In this document: positions 9,322 to 19,816 of the stretch, piece after piece
How the letters are laid out: each line of letters starts with the position of its first letter
Numbering within the stretch: position 1 is the first letter of the stretch
Assembly (NCBI GenBank): GCA_964652025.1
Contig: CAZYZX010000006.1
Coordinates: 83,997-147,996, forward strand
Source: an uncultured Melioribacteraceae bacterium
GTDB lineage: Bacteria > Bacteroidota > Ignavibacteria > Ignavibacteriales > Melioribacteraceae
Reading direction: 5' to 3'
DNA length: 64,000 nt
Position numbers and translations under genes: made by a program
Notes under the pieces: model-generated
The model's database searches: none
The model's input: only the letters and a program-made list of their open reading frames with translations
What the model was told of the DNA's origin: nothing

Positions 9322-9361
9322 AAATTAATTAATATAATTATAAACAAAACCCCGGCGCTTG
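9289..9361 (+). promoter_or_regulatory. Putative antiterminator helix of the his attenuator
   Basis: 9289-9298 CAGGCGCCGG pairs over 10 bp (one G.U) with 9352-9361 CCGGCGCTTG. That target is the 5' arm and loop of the terminator hairpin, so the two structures are mutually exclusive. The 5' arm starts 13 nt after the last His codon. Confidence 0.55.
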
Positions 9362-9373
9362 TCGGGGTTTTTT
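9346..9373 (+). terminator. Intrinsic terminator (attenuator) upstream of hisG
   Basis: AAAACCCCGGC (9346-9356) / GTCGGGGTTTT (9361-9371) with loop GCTT and a T-run to 9373. It ends 20 nt before the hisG ATG and just before the hisG SD (AAGGAG, 9382-9387). Confidence 0.8.
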
Positions 9374-9392
9374 AGTTTTAAAAGGAGAAAAT

Positions 9393-10262
9393 ATGCCAAA
9401 TGGGAATTTAAAGTTAGCTATTCAAAAAAAAGGAAGGTTAACAGAAAAGAGCTTACAATTATTAAGAAATTGTGATTTTGATATAGAAGATTACAATGAT
9501 AGGTTAATAGTAAGCGCAAAGAATTTTGAGCTCGATTTACTTTTTTTAAGGGATGATGATATTCCAGAATATGTTAGTGATGGTGTTGCGAATATTGGAA
9601 TAGTTGGAGAAGACGTAATTTATGAAAAAGAAGCAAATGTAGAAATTGTACGTAAATTGGGTTTTGGTAGGTGTAAATTAGCAATTGCATATCCAGAGGG
9701 GCTCAAAATTGAAAAGCCTACTGATATTGAAGGGAAGAAAATCGCAACATCTTATCCAGTATTATTAAGTAAATATTTAGTTAATAATAATATTAAAGCA
9801 AAAATTGTAGAAATAAGTGGATCAGTTGAAATAGCACCATCATTAGGTGTGGCAGATTTAATTTGTGATATTGTTAGTACAGGTAATACCTTAAGAGTAA
9901 ATAAGCTTAAAAAAGCATTTGATATATTTTCTGGTGAGACTGCTTTAATAGTTAATAAAGATATTTATAAGGATTCTAAAAAAGAGGAATTATTAAATGA
10001 TTTATTAAACAGAATAGATAGTGCATTAATAGCAAAGCGTTCCAAATACTTAATGATGAATGCTCCCGAAAGTTCTGTGGAAGAAATAAAAAATATTATA
10101 CCAGCCTTAAAAAGTCCAACTATTATGCCACTGGCAGAAAAAGGAATGGTAGCAATACATGCAGTAATTCCGACCGAAATGTTTTGGAAAATAAATAAAG
10201 AATTAAAGAACGCCGGTGCATCCGGAATATTATTATTACCAATAGAGAATATGATACCATGA
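9393..10262 (+). CDS. hisG: ATP phosphoribosyltransferase, long form
   Basis: 289 aa with LKLAIQKKGRL, DLICDIVSTGNTL and a C-terminal regulatory extension. SD AAGGAG lies upstream. First gene of the his operon. Confidence 0.9.
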   Translation: MPNGNLKLAIQKKGRLTEKSLQLLRNCDFDIEDYNDRLIVSAKNFELDLLFLRDDDIPEYVSDGVANIGIVGEDVIYEKEANVEIVRKLGFGRCKLAIAYPEGLKIEKPTDIEGKKIATSYPVLLSKYLVNNNIKAKIVEISGSVEIAPSLGVADLICDIVSTGNTLRVNKLKKAFDIFSGETALIVNKDIYKDSKKEELLNDLLNRIDSALIAKRSKYLMMNAPESSVEEIKNIIPALKSPTIMPLAEKGMVAIHAVIPTEMFWKINKELKNAGASGILLLPIENMIP

Positions 10263-11539
10263 AAATATATGAACTTAAAAAAATAGGCGAAAAAAATATA
10301 GGTGATATTTTATTAAGGAATACAAAACCTATATTAGAATTATTTCCACTTGTATCAGAGGTTTTTGAAAAAGTTAAAGCAGAAGGAGACAAAGCGTTAA
10401 CATTTTATGCAAAAAAATTTGATAATACAGAGCGAACAGAGATAAAGGTAAGTGAAGAAGAGATAAATGAAGCAGCAATAAAAGTTGATAAAAGTTTTAA
10501 ACAAGCTGTTGATGATGCCTATAAAAATATATTAAAGTACCATTATAAACAAAAAGGGAAAGGATACAGAATAAAAATTGCAAACGGTATATATTGTGGA
10601 CGCAAGCCTGTTGCAATAGAAAATGTTGGCTTATATATACCGGGTGGAAATGCTGTGTTAATATCCACGCTATTAATGCTTGCAATACCAGCAAAAATTG
10701 CAGGTTGTAAAAGAATTGTAGTGTCATCGCCAATTAAAATTAAAATATCACCAGAATTAGCTTATACAGCTAAAATTTGTGAAATAAATGAATTATATTC
10801 ACTTGGTGGTGTTGCTGCTATAGCAATGTTTGGATTGGGAACAGAAAGTATAAAAAAAGTTGATAAAATATTTGGACCGGGTAATCAATATGTAACCAGT
10901 GCAAAAATGCTTTTACCAATTTTAGGTTCCAATACAATGATTGATATGCCTGCAGGACCTAGCGAAGTTATGGTTATAGCGGATAGATATGCAAAGCCGG
11001 AATTTGTTGCAGCAGATTTGCTTTCTCAAGCTGAGCATGGTTACGATAGCCAAGCTATTTTATTAACAGATGATTTAGATTTTGCAAAATTAGTTATAGA
11101 GGAAACCCAAAAACAATTGCTTTTATTACCTAGGAAAGATTATGCTAAAAAAAGTTTAGAGGGATCTTTTTGCATTGTTACTAATAATTTAGCAGAAGCA
11201 GTTAGAATAAGTAATGAATATGCACCTGAACATTTAATTATAAATACTAAAGTAAATAAAAGATTATTTAATAAAGTAACAAATGCGGGAAGCGTATTTT
11301 TAGGTGCTTATGCTTGTGAAAGTGCAGGAGATTATGCAAGTGGAACTAATCACTCGTTACCAACATCTGGTTTTGCCAAAGCAACTGGAGGTGTTGGTGT
11401 AGAAATGTTTATGAAAAATATTTCTTACCAAACTATATCCAAACAAGGAATTAGTAAAATTGCAAAAACTATTATTAAACTTGCTGAAAGTGAAGGACTT
11501 GAAGCACACGCAAATGCTGTTAAAGTGAGGTTAAAATAA
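10259..11539 (+). CDS. hisD: Histidinol dehydrogenase
   Basis: 426 aa with IDMPAGPSEV, LLSQAEHG, EYAPEHL and GDYASGTNHSLPT. ATGA overlap with hisG. Confidence 0.92.
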   Translation: MKIYELKKIGEKNIGDILLRNTKPILELFPLVSEVFEKVKAEGDKALTFYAKKFDNTERTEIKVSEEEINEAAIKVDKSFKQAVDDAYKNILKYHYKQKGKGYRIKIANGIYCGRKPVAIENVGLYIPGGNAVLISTLLMLAIPAKIAGCKRIVVSSPIKIKISPELAYTAKICEINELYSLGGVAAIAMFGLGTESIKKVDKIFGPGNQYVTSAKMLLPILGSNTMIDMPAGPSEVMVIADRYAKPEFVAADLLSQAEHGYDSQAILLTDDLDFAKLVIEETQKQLLLLPRKDYAKKSLEGSFCIVTNNLAEAVRISNEYAPEHLIINTKVNKRLFNKVTNAGSVFLGAYACESAGDYASGTNHSLPTSGFAKATGGVGVEMFMKNISYQTISKQGISKIAKTIIKLAESEGLEAHANAVKVRLK

Positions 11540-12585
11540 TGGATTTAACAAAATTAGTTAGAGAAAATATTTTACAGTTAAAGCCTTATACATCTGCACG
11601 TAGTACAAATTTAAGTGGTATTTTGTTAGATGCAAACGAGAATGCTTTTGGTAGTATTGTTGGGGATTTAAATTTAGAATTAAATAGATATCCAGACCCA
11701 AATCAAACTGTTTTAAGGAAAAAATTAGCAGATTTTTTAGCGATTAATTATGAAAATTTATTCTTTGGCGTTGGTAGTGATGAAATTATAGATTTATTGT
11801 TGAAGATTTTTTGCTACCCTAATAAAGATAATGTTATTATATGTGAGCCAACTTATGGTATGTATAAAGTTGCTTGCAACATTAATGATGTAGGGATAAA
11901 GCAAGTTTTACTTAATAAAAATTTTGATATTGATTTTGAAGAAATTATTAAAGCTAAAGATGAAAACACAAAAATGCTTTTTCTATGTTCACCAAATAAT
12001 CCTACTGGTAATTTATTAAACTATAATACTATAGAACAAATAGCGAAGTTAAAAGATATTATAATAGTTATTGATGAAGCTTATATAGATTTTTCGAATA
12101 AAAATGATTCTTTAAGCTTACTTAATAAGTATAGTAATATTATATTTTTACGAACATTTTCTAAAGCGTGGGGTTTGGCTGGTGCAAGGTGTGGATATGC
12201 TGTAGCTGATAAACAAATTATTGAATTACTATTTAAGGTTAAAGCACCTTACAGTATTAATAAACTTACAGAAAGTATAATATTACAAGCTTTAGATAAA
12301 ATAAATAATTATTATAAAATAATAGAAATAATTAAAAATGAAAGAGAATATTTATATAATGAATTGTGCAAAATAAATAAAGTAATAAAGGTTTATAACT
12401 CTGAAAGTAATTTTATTTTGTTTAAGGTAGAAAATCCAAAAGAGGTTTATAAAAAGTTAGCACAAAAAAATATTATAATAAGAGATAGAAGCACCCAAGT
12501 TAATTTAGAGGGTTGTTTGCGTGTTTCTGTTGGAACTAGTGAACAAAATAAATTATTTATTAGTACATTAAAGGAATTATTATGA
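11539..12585 (+). CDS. hisC: Histidinol-phosphate aminotransferase
   Basis: 348 aa with LDANENAFG, NPNNPTG and the PLP lysine context FSKAWGLAGARCGY. TAATG overlap with hisD. Confidence 0.9.
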   Translation: MDLTKLVRENILQLKPYTSARSTNLSGILLDANENAFGSIVGDLNLELNRYPDPNQTVLRKKLADFLAINYENLFFGVGSDEIIDLLLKIFCYPNKDNVIICEPTYGMYKVACNINDVGIKQVLLNKNFDIDFEEIIKAKDENTKMLFLCSPNNPTGNLLNYNTIEQIAKLKDIIIVIDEAYIDFSNKNDSLSLLNKYSNIIFLRTFSKAWGLAGARCGYAVADKQIIELLFKVKAPYSINKLTESIILQALDKINNYYKIIEIIKNEREYLYNELCKINKVIKVYNSESNFILFKVENPKEVYKKLAQKNIIIRDRSTQVNLEGCLRVSVGTSEQNKLFISTLKELL

Positions 12586-13445
12586 ATATTTTTATTGATG
12601 AATTAATATTAAATTTAGAAGCGAGCAATTGCAACAATGTAATTTGTTTAGTAAAAGAGCTTTATAAAAAAGGGATAAAAATATTAACCAACTTAGAAAA
12701 TATTCCTTATGTTATGAGGAAAGTATATCAATCAGAGGGGATTAATTTAATTGATGGTGAAACTGCTGATTATAAAATTATTTTATCTGCTGAAAAGAAG
12801 TATACTTTACTAAATAATTATTACGAAACATTAGAAGATGCTTTAAAGAGTATTAATGAATTTAATAGAATTGCAGAAGTAACCCGAAATACTAAAGAAA
12901 CAAAGATTTATGTTAAAGTTAATTTAGATGGAAGCGGTAAAAGTGATATTAATACTGGAATAGGTTTTTTTGACCATATGCTAAATCAAATTGCGAGGCA
13001 TGGAAATATAGACCTTACTATAAATGCAAAAGGAGATTTAGAAGTAGATAATCATCATACTGTTGAAGATACAGGACTTGCACTTGGTGAAACAATACTT
13101 AAAGCATTAGGAAATAAAATTGGAATAAAAAGATATGGCTTTTTACTACCAATGGATGATAGTATTGCTAAAGTGGCAATTGATTTAGGTGGTAGAGCAT
13201 ATTTAAATTTTAAGTGTAAATTTAAAAATTCAGTTGTGGGTAAATTTCCAACAGAATTAACAGAAGAATTCTTTAAGTCGCTTGCTGCCGGCTTACAAGC
13301 AAATATTTATATTAAATGTAAAGGTAAAAATGACCATCACAAAATTGAAAGTATTTTTAAGGCTTTTGCAAAGGCATTAAATGAAGCACTAAGGTTTGAT
13401 GAGCGTGCAGCAAATATATTACCAACTACAAAAGGTGTTTTATGA
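12582..13445 (+). CDS. hisB: Imidazoleglycerol-phosphate dehydratase with a ~95-aa N-terminal extension (degenerate histidinol-phosphatase-like remnant)
   Basis: The IGPD core runs from about aa 96 (VTRNTKETKIYVKVNLDGSG, GIGFFDHML, DNHHTVED, GKNDHHKIESIFKA). The N-terminus MNIFIDELIL... replaces the HAD FIDRDGT motif. ATGA overlap with hisC supports the long form. Confidence 0.88.
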   Translation: MNIFIDELILNLEASNCNNVICLVKELYKKGIKILTNLENIPYVMRKVYQSEGINLIDGETADYKIILSAEKKYTLLNNYYETLEDALKSINEFNRIAEVTRNTKETKIYVKVNLDGSGKSDINTGIGFFDHMLNQIARHGNIDLTINAKGDLEVDNHHTVEDTGLALGETILKALGNKIGIKRYGFLLPMDDSIAKVAIDLGGRAYLNFKCKFKNSVVGKFPTELTEEFFKSLAAGLQANIYIKCKGKNDHHKIESIFKAFAKALNEALRFDERAANILPTTKGVL

Positions 13446-14026
13446 TTGGGATTATAGACTATGGAAGTGGAAATATTAAATCTATTATTAATGTGATTGA
13501 TCAAATGAAGATTAATTATACTTTATCTAATAACATAAAAGAATTATCAACTTGCAATAAGATTTTATTACCTGGTGTTGGAGAGGCAAATTATGCAATG
13601 AATAAGCTTAAGGAGTTAAATTTAGTTGATTTTATTAAAAATTTAAAAACTCCATTATTAGGTATATGTTTAGGATTACAATTATTAACTGACAGCAGTG
13701 AAGAAGGCGAGACAGAATGCTTAGGAATAATTAATGTTAAAACTGTTAAATTTAATGATAAAAATTTAATTATTCCTCATATGGGGTGGAATGATATAAA
13801 AATAATTAGTGAAAACAGATTATTAAAAGGCGTTAATAGTGGTAGCGATTTTTATTTTGCTAATTCATATTATGCGCCTATTAATAAATATACAATTGCG
13901 GTAACAAATTATGGAGTAGATTTTTCTGTAGTAATAAATAAAGATAATTTTTGGGGAGTGCAATTTCATCCTGAAAAATCGGGAAAAAATGGAATAAAAA
14001 TATTGGAGAATTTTTTTAGCTTATGA
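13442..14026 (+). CDS. hisH: Imidazole glycerol phosphate synthase, glutamine amidotransferase subunit
   Basis: 194 aa with LPGVGE, nucleophile context GICLGLQLL and VQFHPEKSG. ATGA overlap. Confidence 0.9.
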   Translation: MIGIIDYGSGNIKSIINVIDQMKINYTLSNNIKELSTCNKILLPGVGEANYAMNKLKELNLVDFIKNLKTPLLGICLGLQLLTDSSEEGETECLGIINVKTVKFNDKNLIIPHMGWNDIKIISENRLLKGVNSGSDFYFANSYYAPINKYTIAVTNYGVDFSVVINKDNFWGVQFHPEKSGKNGIKILENFFSL

Positions 14027-14739
14027 AAGTGATACCAGCAATAGATATTTACGAAGGTAAAGTAGTTCGTTTAACAAAAGGGGATTTTGATAAACGAATG
14101 GAATATTTAGGAACACCTTTAGATTATGCAATAATTTATGAAGATGCAGGTTTTAATAAAATACATATTGTAGATTTAGCTGCCTCTGTAACAGGAGCGC
14201 TGAATATTGTAAAAACTATTGAAATTATTAAATCCAAAACAAAATTAAACTTGCAAGTAGGTGGTGGCATAAAAAATTTAGCTGTTGCTGAACTATTAAT
14301 TAATTGTGGTGTAGATTTTTTAATTATTGGTTCAATTTCTATAACTAATAAAGAGGAATTGAATAAGATACTTAAAAAAATACCAAGTGATAAAATTATA
14401 ATTGCTGCAGATTTTGAAGATGAAAAAATAGCAATAAAAGGATGGCAAGAATTAAGTAATATAACAATTGAAGAACATATTAATTATTGCCAAAATTTAA
14501 ATTTAAAATCAATTTTATGTACGGATATATCCAAAGATGGAATGCTAAAAGGACCAAGTATTGAAGTATATAAAAAATTATTAAATAAATTTCCAAATAT
14601 AAATTTAATTGCTTCGGGTGGAATAACTACAGTTCAAGATTTAGAGGAATTAAAAAATATTGGGATAAAAGAAGCAGTAGTTGGCAAAGCTATTTACGAA
14701 AATAAAATAAAAATAGAGGAGTTAAAACGATTTGCTTAA
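14023..14739 (+). CDS. hisA: ProFAR isomerase (1-(5-phosphoribosyl)-5-[(5-phosphoribosylamino)methylideneamino]imidazole-4-carboxamide isomerase)
   Basis: 238 aa with [33 protein letters not shown] and ASGG. ATGA overlap. Confidence 0.9.
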   Translation: MKVIPAIDIYEGKVVRLTKGDFDKRMEYLGTPLDYAIIYEDAGFNKIHIVDLAASVTGALNIVKTIEIIKSKTKLNLQVGGGIKNLAVAELLINCGVDFLIIGSISITNKEELNKILKKIPSDKIIIAADFEDEKIAIKGWQELSNITIEEHINYCQNLNLKSILCTDISKDGMLKGPSIEVYKKLLNKFPNINLIASGGITTVQDLEELKNIGIKEAVVGKAIYENKIKIEELKRFA

Positions 14740-15487
14740 AAAAAGAATAATTCCATGTTTAGATGTAAAAGATGGGAAAGTTGTAAAAGGTACTAATTTT
14801 ATAAATTTAAGAGATGCGGGTGATGCTGTAGAATTAGCAAAAAAGTACTATGAAGATAGTGCAGATGAGTTAGTTTTTTTAGATATTACCGCAACAGAAG
14901 AAAGAAGAAAAACAATAATTAAACTTGCGGAAGAAGTGGGGAAAGTAATTCGTATACCTTATACAATAGGTGGTGGAATAAGTACTTTACAGGATATAGA
15001 AAATTTACTGATGGCGGGAGCGGATAAAGTATCGCTAAATAGCGCGATTGTAAAAAATCCAAAATTGATAACTGAAGCTGCAAAGCGATTTGGCAGTCAA
15101 GCAGTGGTGGCAGCAATTGATGTTAAAAAAGAGGGGGAAAGTTATTATGTATACATAAAAGGGGGCAAAGAAAAAACAAATATAGAAGCTTTTGAGTGGT
15201 ATAAAAGAGTTGTTGAGCTTGGTGCTGGAGAAATTTTGTTAACTTCTATGGATAAAGATGGTACCAAAGATGGTTATGATTTAAATTTATTAAAAAGTGT
15301 AACAAGCTTAGTAAATGTTCCTATTATTGCAAGTGGAGGTGCGGGTAAACAAGAAGATTTTTATAATGCTTTTGTAAAAACTAACGTTACTGCTTGTTTA
15401 GCTGCTGGGTTATTTCATTTTGATATTTTAAAAATTAGTGACTTAAAAATATACTTAAAAGAAAAAGGAATAGAGGTTAGATTATGA
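14732..15487 (+). CDS. hisF: Imidazole glycerol phosphate synthase, cyclase subunit
   Basis: 251 aa with [40 protein letters not shown] and ASGGAG. The start codon at 14732 is TTG (8-nt overlap with hisA), with GAGGAG upstream at 14716-14721. Confidence 0.9.
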   Translation: MLKKRIIPCLDVKDGKVVKGTNFINLRDAGDAVELAKKYYEDSADELVFLDITATEERRKTIIKLAEEVGKVIRIPYTIGGGISTLQDIENLLMAGADKVSLNSAIVKNPKLITEAAKRFGSQAVVAAIDVKKEGESYYVYIKGGKEKTNIEAFEWYKRVVELGAGEILLTSMDKDGTKDGYDLNLLKSVTSLVNVPIIASGGAGKQEDFYNAFVKTNVTACLAAGLFHFDILKISDLKIYLKEKGIEVRL

Positions 15488-16086
15488 ATTTAGAAATTTT
15501 AAATTTTGAAAAAATGAGTGGATTAATACCAGCTATAATTATAGATGTTTTTACAAATTTAGTGTTGATGTTAGGATTTATGAATGAAGAAGCTTTAGAT
15601 ATAACAAATAAAACGGGAAAAGTTACTTTTTATAGTAGAACAAAAAACAAAATTTGGACAAAGGGAGAAACCTCTGGAAATTTTTTAATTGTAAAAAAAA
15701 TAGTTACAGATTGTGATAATGACACATTACTAATTTATGCAGAACCCAAAGGGAATATTTGCCACACGGGTAATTACAGCTGCTTTGGTTTAAGCAATAA
15801 TAAATTTTATTTTTTAGATTATTTATTTAATTTAATTAAAGAAAGAAAAGAGAAATTACCAGAAAACTCCTATACAACAAAACTTTTTTTGAAAGGCGAA
15901 AACAGAATTATACAAAAAGTTGGAGAAGAAGCAATAGAAACGGTTATTGCTGCAAAAAATAATGACAAAGAAGAATTAATAAATGAAACAAGCGATTTGA
16001 TATATCATTTATTTGTAATGCTAGTAGAAAAAGGAATAGAATTAAATGATATAGCTAATAGATTATATGAACGTCATCAAAAATAG
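15484..16086 (+). CDS. hisIE: Bifunctional phosphoribosyl-AMP cyclohydrolase / phosphoribosyl-ATP pyrophosphatase
   Basis: 200 aa. The HisI part has FYSRTKNKIWTKGETSGN and CDNDTLL...CHTG. The HisE part has KVGEEAIE and ETSDLIYHLFVML. ATGA overlap. Confidence 0.9.
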   Translation: MNLEILNFEKMSGLIPAIIIDVFTNLVLMLGFMNEEALDITNKTGKVTFYSRTKNKIWTKGETSGNFLIVKKIVTDCDNDTLLIYAEPKGNICHTGNYSCFGLSNNKFYFLDYLFNLIKERKEKLPENSYTTKLFLKGENRIIQKVGEEAIETVIAAKNNDKEELINETSDLIYHLFVMLVEKGIELNDIANRLYERHQK

Positions 16087-16087
16087 A

Positions 16088-17572
16088 TTATTTTATTAAT
16101 TCTTTTTGGTAATTCCCCATTCCTACTTGGTACATTGTTAAGTATGCTAATTTAGTTATTTTAAAATATAAATCACGATTTAAAGTTTCTGGTTTATCAC
16201 TTGGTAAGTGTAAATGTTTATAGCTATTTGTAGTTACAAAGTATAAAGTAGGAATTCCTTTTTGATGGAAAGGAGAAGCATCTGCTCCACCACCACCCCA
16301 AGTTTGGTTAATAGTTAAATTATCAGTTTTGCTATCAATATTTTTAGCTAAATCCCATAAAATTGGGCTAGTTTTTCCACTGCCTAATTGAATACTATCC
16401 CCATAGCCGACACAATCCATGTTTAACATAGCAACTGTTTTATCTAATGGAAATAAAGGATTATTTACGTAAAAATCTGCACCTTGCAAACCGCTTTCTT
16501 CGTTAGAAAATAAAATAAAAATTAATGTTCTTTTGGGTTTAATGCCAGATAAACTAAATGCTTTTGAAACTTCTAAAACTGCAGCGCTACCACTTGCGTT
16601 ATCGTTTGCACCAGGGAAGTATAAAGTATCGCCTTGTTTGCCAACATGGTCTAAATGTGCACCTAAAACAATATATTCATCCTTTAGTTTTTCATCTGTT
16701 CCGGGAATGTAGCCAATTATGTTAACTGTTTCCTTTTCTTTTTGATACTTAGCATTAACAATTACATTAGCAAATTTTTTTAGATTTACTGAAAAAGGTT
16801 TTTTTAATGAATCAATTTTAGTTTGTAATTCTTTAAGCGTAAAGCCAGAGCCAACAAAAAAGTCATTAGCAACTGGTAAATCTATATGTAATTCTGGAAA
16901 ATTTTCGTTTTGTTCTCCACTTCCACTAATTACGCTACCAATTGGTTTTTGAGGTTCAGGATCGTTGGGGAAAGATACAAAAAGAATTGCTTTTGCACCG
17001 TGATTAAATGCAATTGCTGCTTTTTCTCGTGGATTTCCATTAATAAATTTGCCAGCTTCTAAACTCCATTTAGGATGATATTTAAATACCATTACAATTT
17101 TATCTTTTACATCAACACCTTCGTAGTCATCATATCCTAGTTCGGGTTGACTAATGCCATATCCACAAAAGACCACTTGAGCAGTAACATTACCGCTACC
17201 AGTAAAGCCTCTAAAAACAAAATCTTTGCCTAATTTATATTCTTTGGACTTTTCATTATCGATTAATTTTAACAAAATTGGTTCTTTAATTTCGTTATAT
17301 TCTACATAAAATTTTTGAAAATATGAATTATTATTAGCAGGTAAAATACCATATTTTTTAAACCAATTAGCTGCATATTCAGCTGCTAAAAAATATCCTG
17401 GGCTAGCAGCCATTCTCCCTTCTAATGTTGGAGAAGCAAAATAGCTTACTGTATTAATTAGGGAATTAATATCTATATTATTTACGCCATTTATTTGGTT
17501 TTTTTCTTGAGCTATCAAATTTATTAAAATAATAAATAATAAACTAAAAGTAAATTTAAAAAATTTTGCCAT
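16088..17572 (-). CDS. M28 family metallopeptidase (aminopeptidase with PA-like insert), secreted
   Basis: 494 aa with a signal-like N-terminus and the motifs GAHLDHVG, GANDNASGSAAVLE, FSNEESGLQG and NMDCVG. Confidence 0.85.
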   Translation of the reverse strand: MAKFFKFTFSLLFIILINLIAQEKNQINGVNNIDINSLINTVSYFASPTLEGRMAASPGYFLAAEYAANWFKKYGILPANNNSYFQKFYVEYNEIKEPILLKLIDNEKSKEYKLGKDFVFRGFTGSGNVTAQVVFCGYGISQPELGYDDYEGVDVKDKIVMVFKYHPKWSLEAGKFINGNPREKAAIAFNHGAKAILFVSFPNDPEPQKPIGSVISGSGEQNENFPELHIDLPVANDFFVGSGFTLKELQTKIDSLKKPFSVNLKKFANVIVNAKYQKEKETVNIIGYIPGTDEKLKDEYIVLGAHLDHVGKQGDTLYFPGANDNASGSAAVLEVSKAFSLSGIKPKRTLIFILFSNEESGLQGADFYVNNPLFPLDKTVAMLNMDCVGYGDSIQLGSGKTSPILWDLAKNIDSKTDNLTINQTWGGGGADASPFHQKGIPTLYFVTTNSYKHLHLPSDKPETLNRDLYFKITKLAYLTMYQVGMGNYQKELIK

Positions 17573-17621
17573 GTTATATCTGAAAATTTATTTATTAATG
17601 AAGCAAAAATAAAAAAATTAG

Positions 17622-19676
17622 TTAATTAAAAAAACTACTTAAAGTATCCATATTATTTGTTGGTAAGTGGCAATTGCCATTTTTACAAATAAAAATATAT
17701 GCATCATCTTTATAACTTTGGTAGTTTACCAAAGAGTTATTTAGTTTTATATATTGTTCAAAATTATTTTTGTTAATGTACATTAAAGTAAAAGGGGTAT
17801 TAATGTTTTTATTTACATACGATAAAAATTCTTTTGCTTTAATTGGATTATTATTTTCTAAAATTATTACTTCTGTGTAACCTTTATTAAATTTGGCAAA
17901 TGCATTTATAATCATGCTAAGAGAGCGAGTGTAATTTAATAAGTTTTTATCGTAACACTTTAATATCTTTTCAAAATAATCGTAATATTTATTATCACCT
18001 GTAAGTGAATAAAGCTCTATTAAATTTAAAGCAGCAACAGAATTAGCAGAAGGAATAGCATTATCAAATAATTGTTTACTGCGGGAAATTAATTTTTGTC
18101 CATCAACTGGAGAGAAATAGAAACCAAAATTATCCTCATCCCAATATTTTTGAATAAAAGAATCATTTAACTTAATAGCAAACTCTAAGTATTCAATTTT
18201 ATGTGAAGCCTTAAAGAGTGAAAGTAAGGCACGAATTAAAAAAGCATAGTCATCTGCTGTAGAATCTAAACCAGCTTCGCCATCAATATATCTATGTAAT
18301 AGCGTGTAGTTTTCTAATAATAAATGTTCTTTAATAAAATTAAAAGTACTTTCTGATAATTTAATTAAATCCTCATCTTCAAAAATTATAGATGCTTCTG
18401 ATAAAGCCCAAATTATTAACGAGTTCCAATCAGTTAATATTTTTTTATCTATTATTGGATGAACTCTTGTTTTTCTAATTTCGTAAAGCTTATGTAAATA
18501 GGGGGCAAATTTTTTGGAAAGCTCTGCATTATAGTTTGTAATGTGTAGTATATTCTTTCCCGTTTTTTCTTTAGTGCTTTCTTCTTTGTAGTTCCCATCT
18601 GGATAAATGTTGTAGTAATTGCAAAATTCATCAAAATGATTATTTGGTATAATATTCTTTAATTCATCATAGCTCCAAACGTAAAATTTCCCTTCTTCAT
18701 TTTCGCTATCGGCATCAATAGCAGAGTAAAATGCATTTTCAGTAGAAAGCAGTTCTTGTTGTAAGAATTTTATTATTTCGTAAGCAGTATTTTTATAAAA
18801 AATGTTTTTAGTAATTTTATAAGTTTTAGAATAAGCAATTAATAATCCAGCTTGGTCGTAAAGCATTTTTTCAAAGTGTGGTAAAAGCCAAAACTTATCT
18901 GTAGAGTATCTATGGAAACCGAAACCCACTTGGTCAAAAATTCCTCCTAAGCGCATATTAAATAAAGATTTTTCTACCATATCTAAGGCAGTGTTAGAAT
19001 TATAAAACAATGCATAATCTAATAGGAAGAGGAAATTTTGAGGTGTGGGAAATTTAGGTGCATTACCAAAGCCACCATAGTTTTTATCAAAAAAATTTAA
19101 TAAAGAGTTATATAGACTATGAACGGTTTTTTCACTAAAATTTATTTGTTCGCTTTTGGGGTTATTAAAATTTATAGATTCTGCAATAGAGTTTATGCTT
19201 AAATTAATTTTATCTGGTTCGTTTAGCCAAATTTGGTTAATTCTTTTTAACAATGTAAGAAAACCAATTCTCCCGTATCTATCTTCTGGGGGGAAATAAG
19301 TATTAACAAAAAAAGGTTTTTGAGAGTAATCCATAAATACAGTAAGAGGCCAACCGCCAGAGCCATTAATCATTTGGCAAGCATGCATGTAAATATTATC
19401 AATTTCGGGATATTCTTCTCTATCTAATTTAATAGAAATAAAATGTTCATTCAAATAATCTGCGATTATTTCGTTTTCAAAAGACTCGTGAGCCATAACA
19501 TGGCACCAATGACAAGTGGAATAACCAATTGATAAGAAAATTGGTTTGTTTTGTTTTTTAGCAATCTCAAATGCTTCGCCACCCCATGCGTACCAATTAA
19601 CAGGATTATAAGCGTGTTGTAAAAGGTAAGGGCTTTTTTCGTGGATTAATCTATTTGGTGTTTTGTGTTTATTCAT
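17622..19676 (-). CDS. Thioredoxin-domain protein of the DUF255 / YyaL (SPATA20-like) family with a six-hairpin glycosidase-like C-terminal domain
   Basis: 684 aa with [18 protein letters not shown] and [23 protein letters not shown]. Confidence 0.85.
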   Translation of the reverse strand: MNKHKTPNRLIHEKSPYLLQHAYNPVNWYAWGGEAFEIAKKQNKPIFLSIGYSTCHWCHVMAHESFENEIIADYLNEHFISIKLDREEYPEIDNIYMHACQMINGSGGWPLTVFMDYSQKPFFVNTYFPPEDRYGRIGFLTLLKRINQIWLNEPDKINLSINSIAESINFNNPKSEQINFSEKTVHSLYNSLLNFFDKNYGGFGNAPKFPTPQNFLFLLDYALFYNSNTALDMVEKSLFNMRLGGIFDQVGFGFHRYSTDKFWLLPHFEKMLYDQAGLLIAYSKTYKITKNIFYKNTAYEIIKFLQQELLSTENAFYSAIDADSENEEGKFYVWSYDELKNIIPNNHFDEFCNYYNIYPDGNYKEESTKEKTGKNILHITNYNAELSKKFAPYLHKLYEIRKTRVHPIIDKKILTDWNSLIIWALSEASIIFEDEDLIKLSESTFNFIKEHLLLENYTLLHRYIDGEAGLDSTADDYAFLIRALLSLFKASHKIEYLEFAIKLNDSFIQKYWDEDNFGFYFSPVDGQKLISRSKQLFDNAIPSANSVAALNLIELYSLTGDNKYYDYFEKILKCYDKNLLNYTRSLSMIINAFAKFNKGYTEVIILENNNPIKAKEFLSYVNKNINTPFTLMYINKNNFEQYIKLNNSLVNYQSYKDDAYIFICKNGNCHLPTNNMDTLSSFFN

Positions 19677-19816
19677 TTTAAGCTCTTTTTAGTTATTAAC
19701 TATTTTGATAAAAAAAATGTTCATTAAGGTTAAAAAAAAATAAAAAGTGGGCACAAAATTAAAAAAAGGATGTTAAAGAAAAAGAATAAGTAAATAGTGT
19801 TAAAATTTTGCAAATC

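Noticed and set aside
12582-12866. The hisB N-terminal 95 codons as a separate small gene, or as evidence that hisB is a frameshifted pseudogene
   Set aside because: It is a single continuous frame with the IGPD core. The ATGA coupling to hisC is like the other junctions, and there is no internal stop or frame break. It is reported instead as a degenerate domain.
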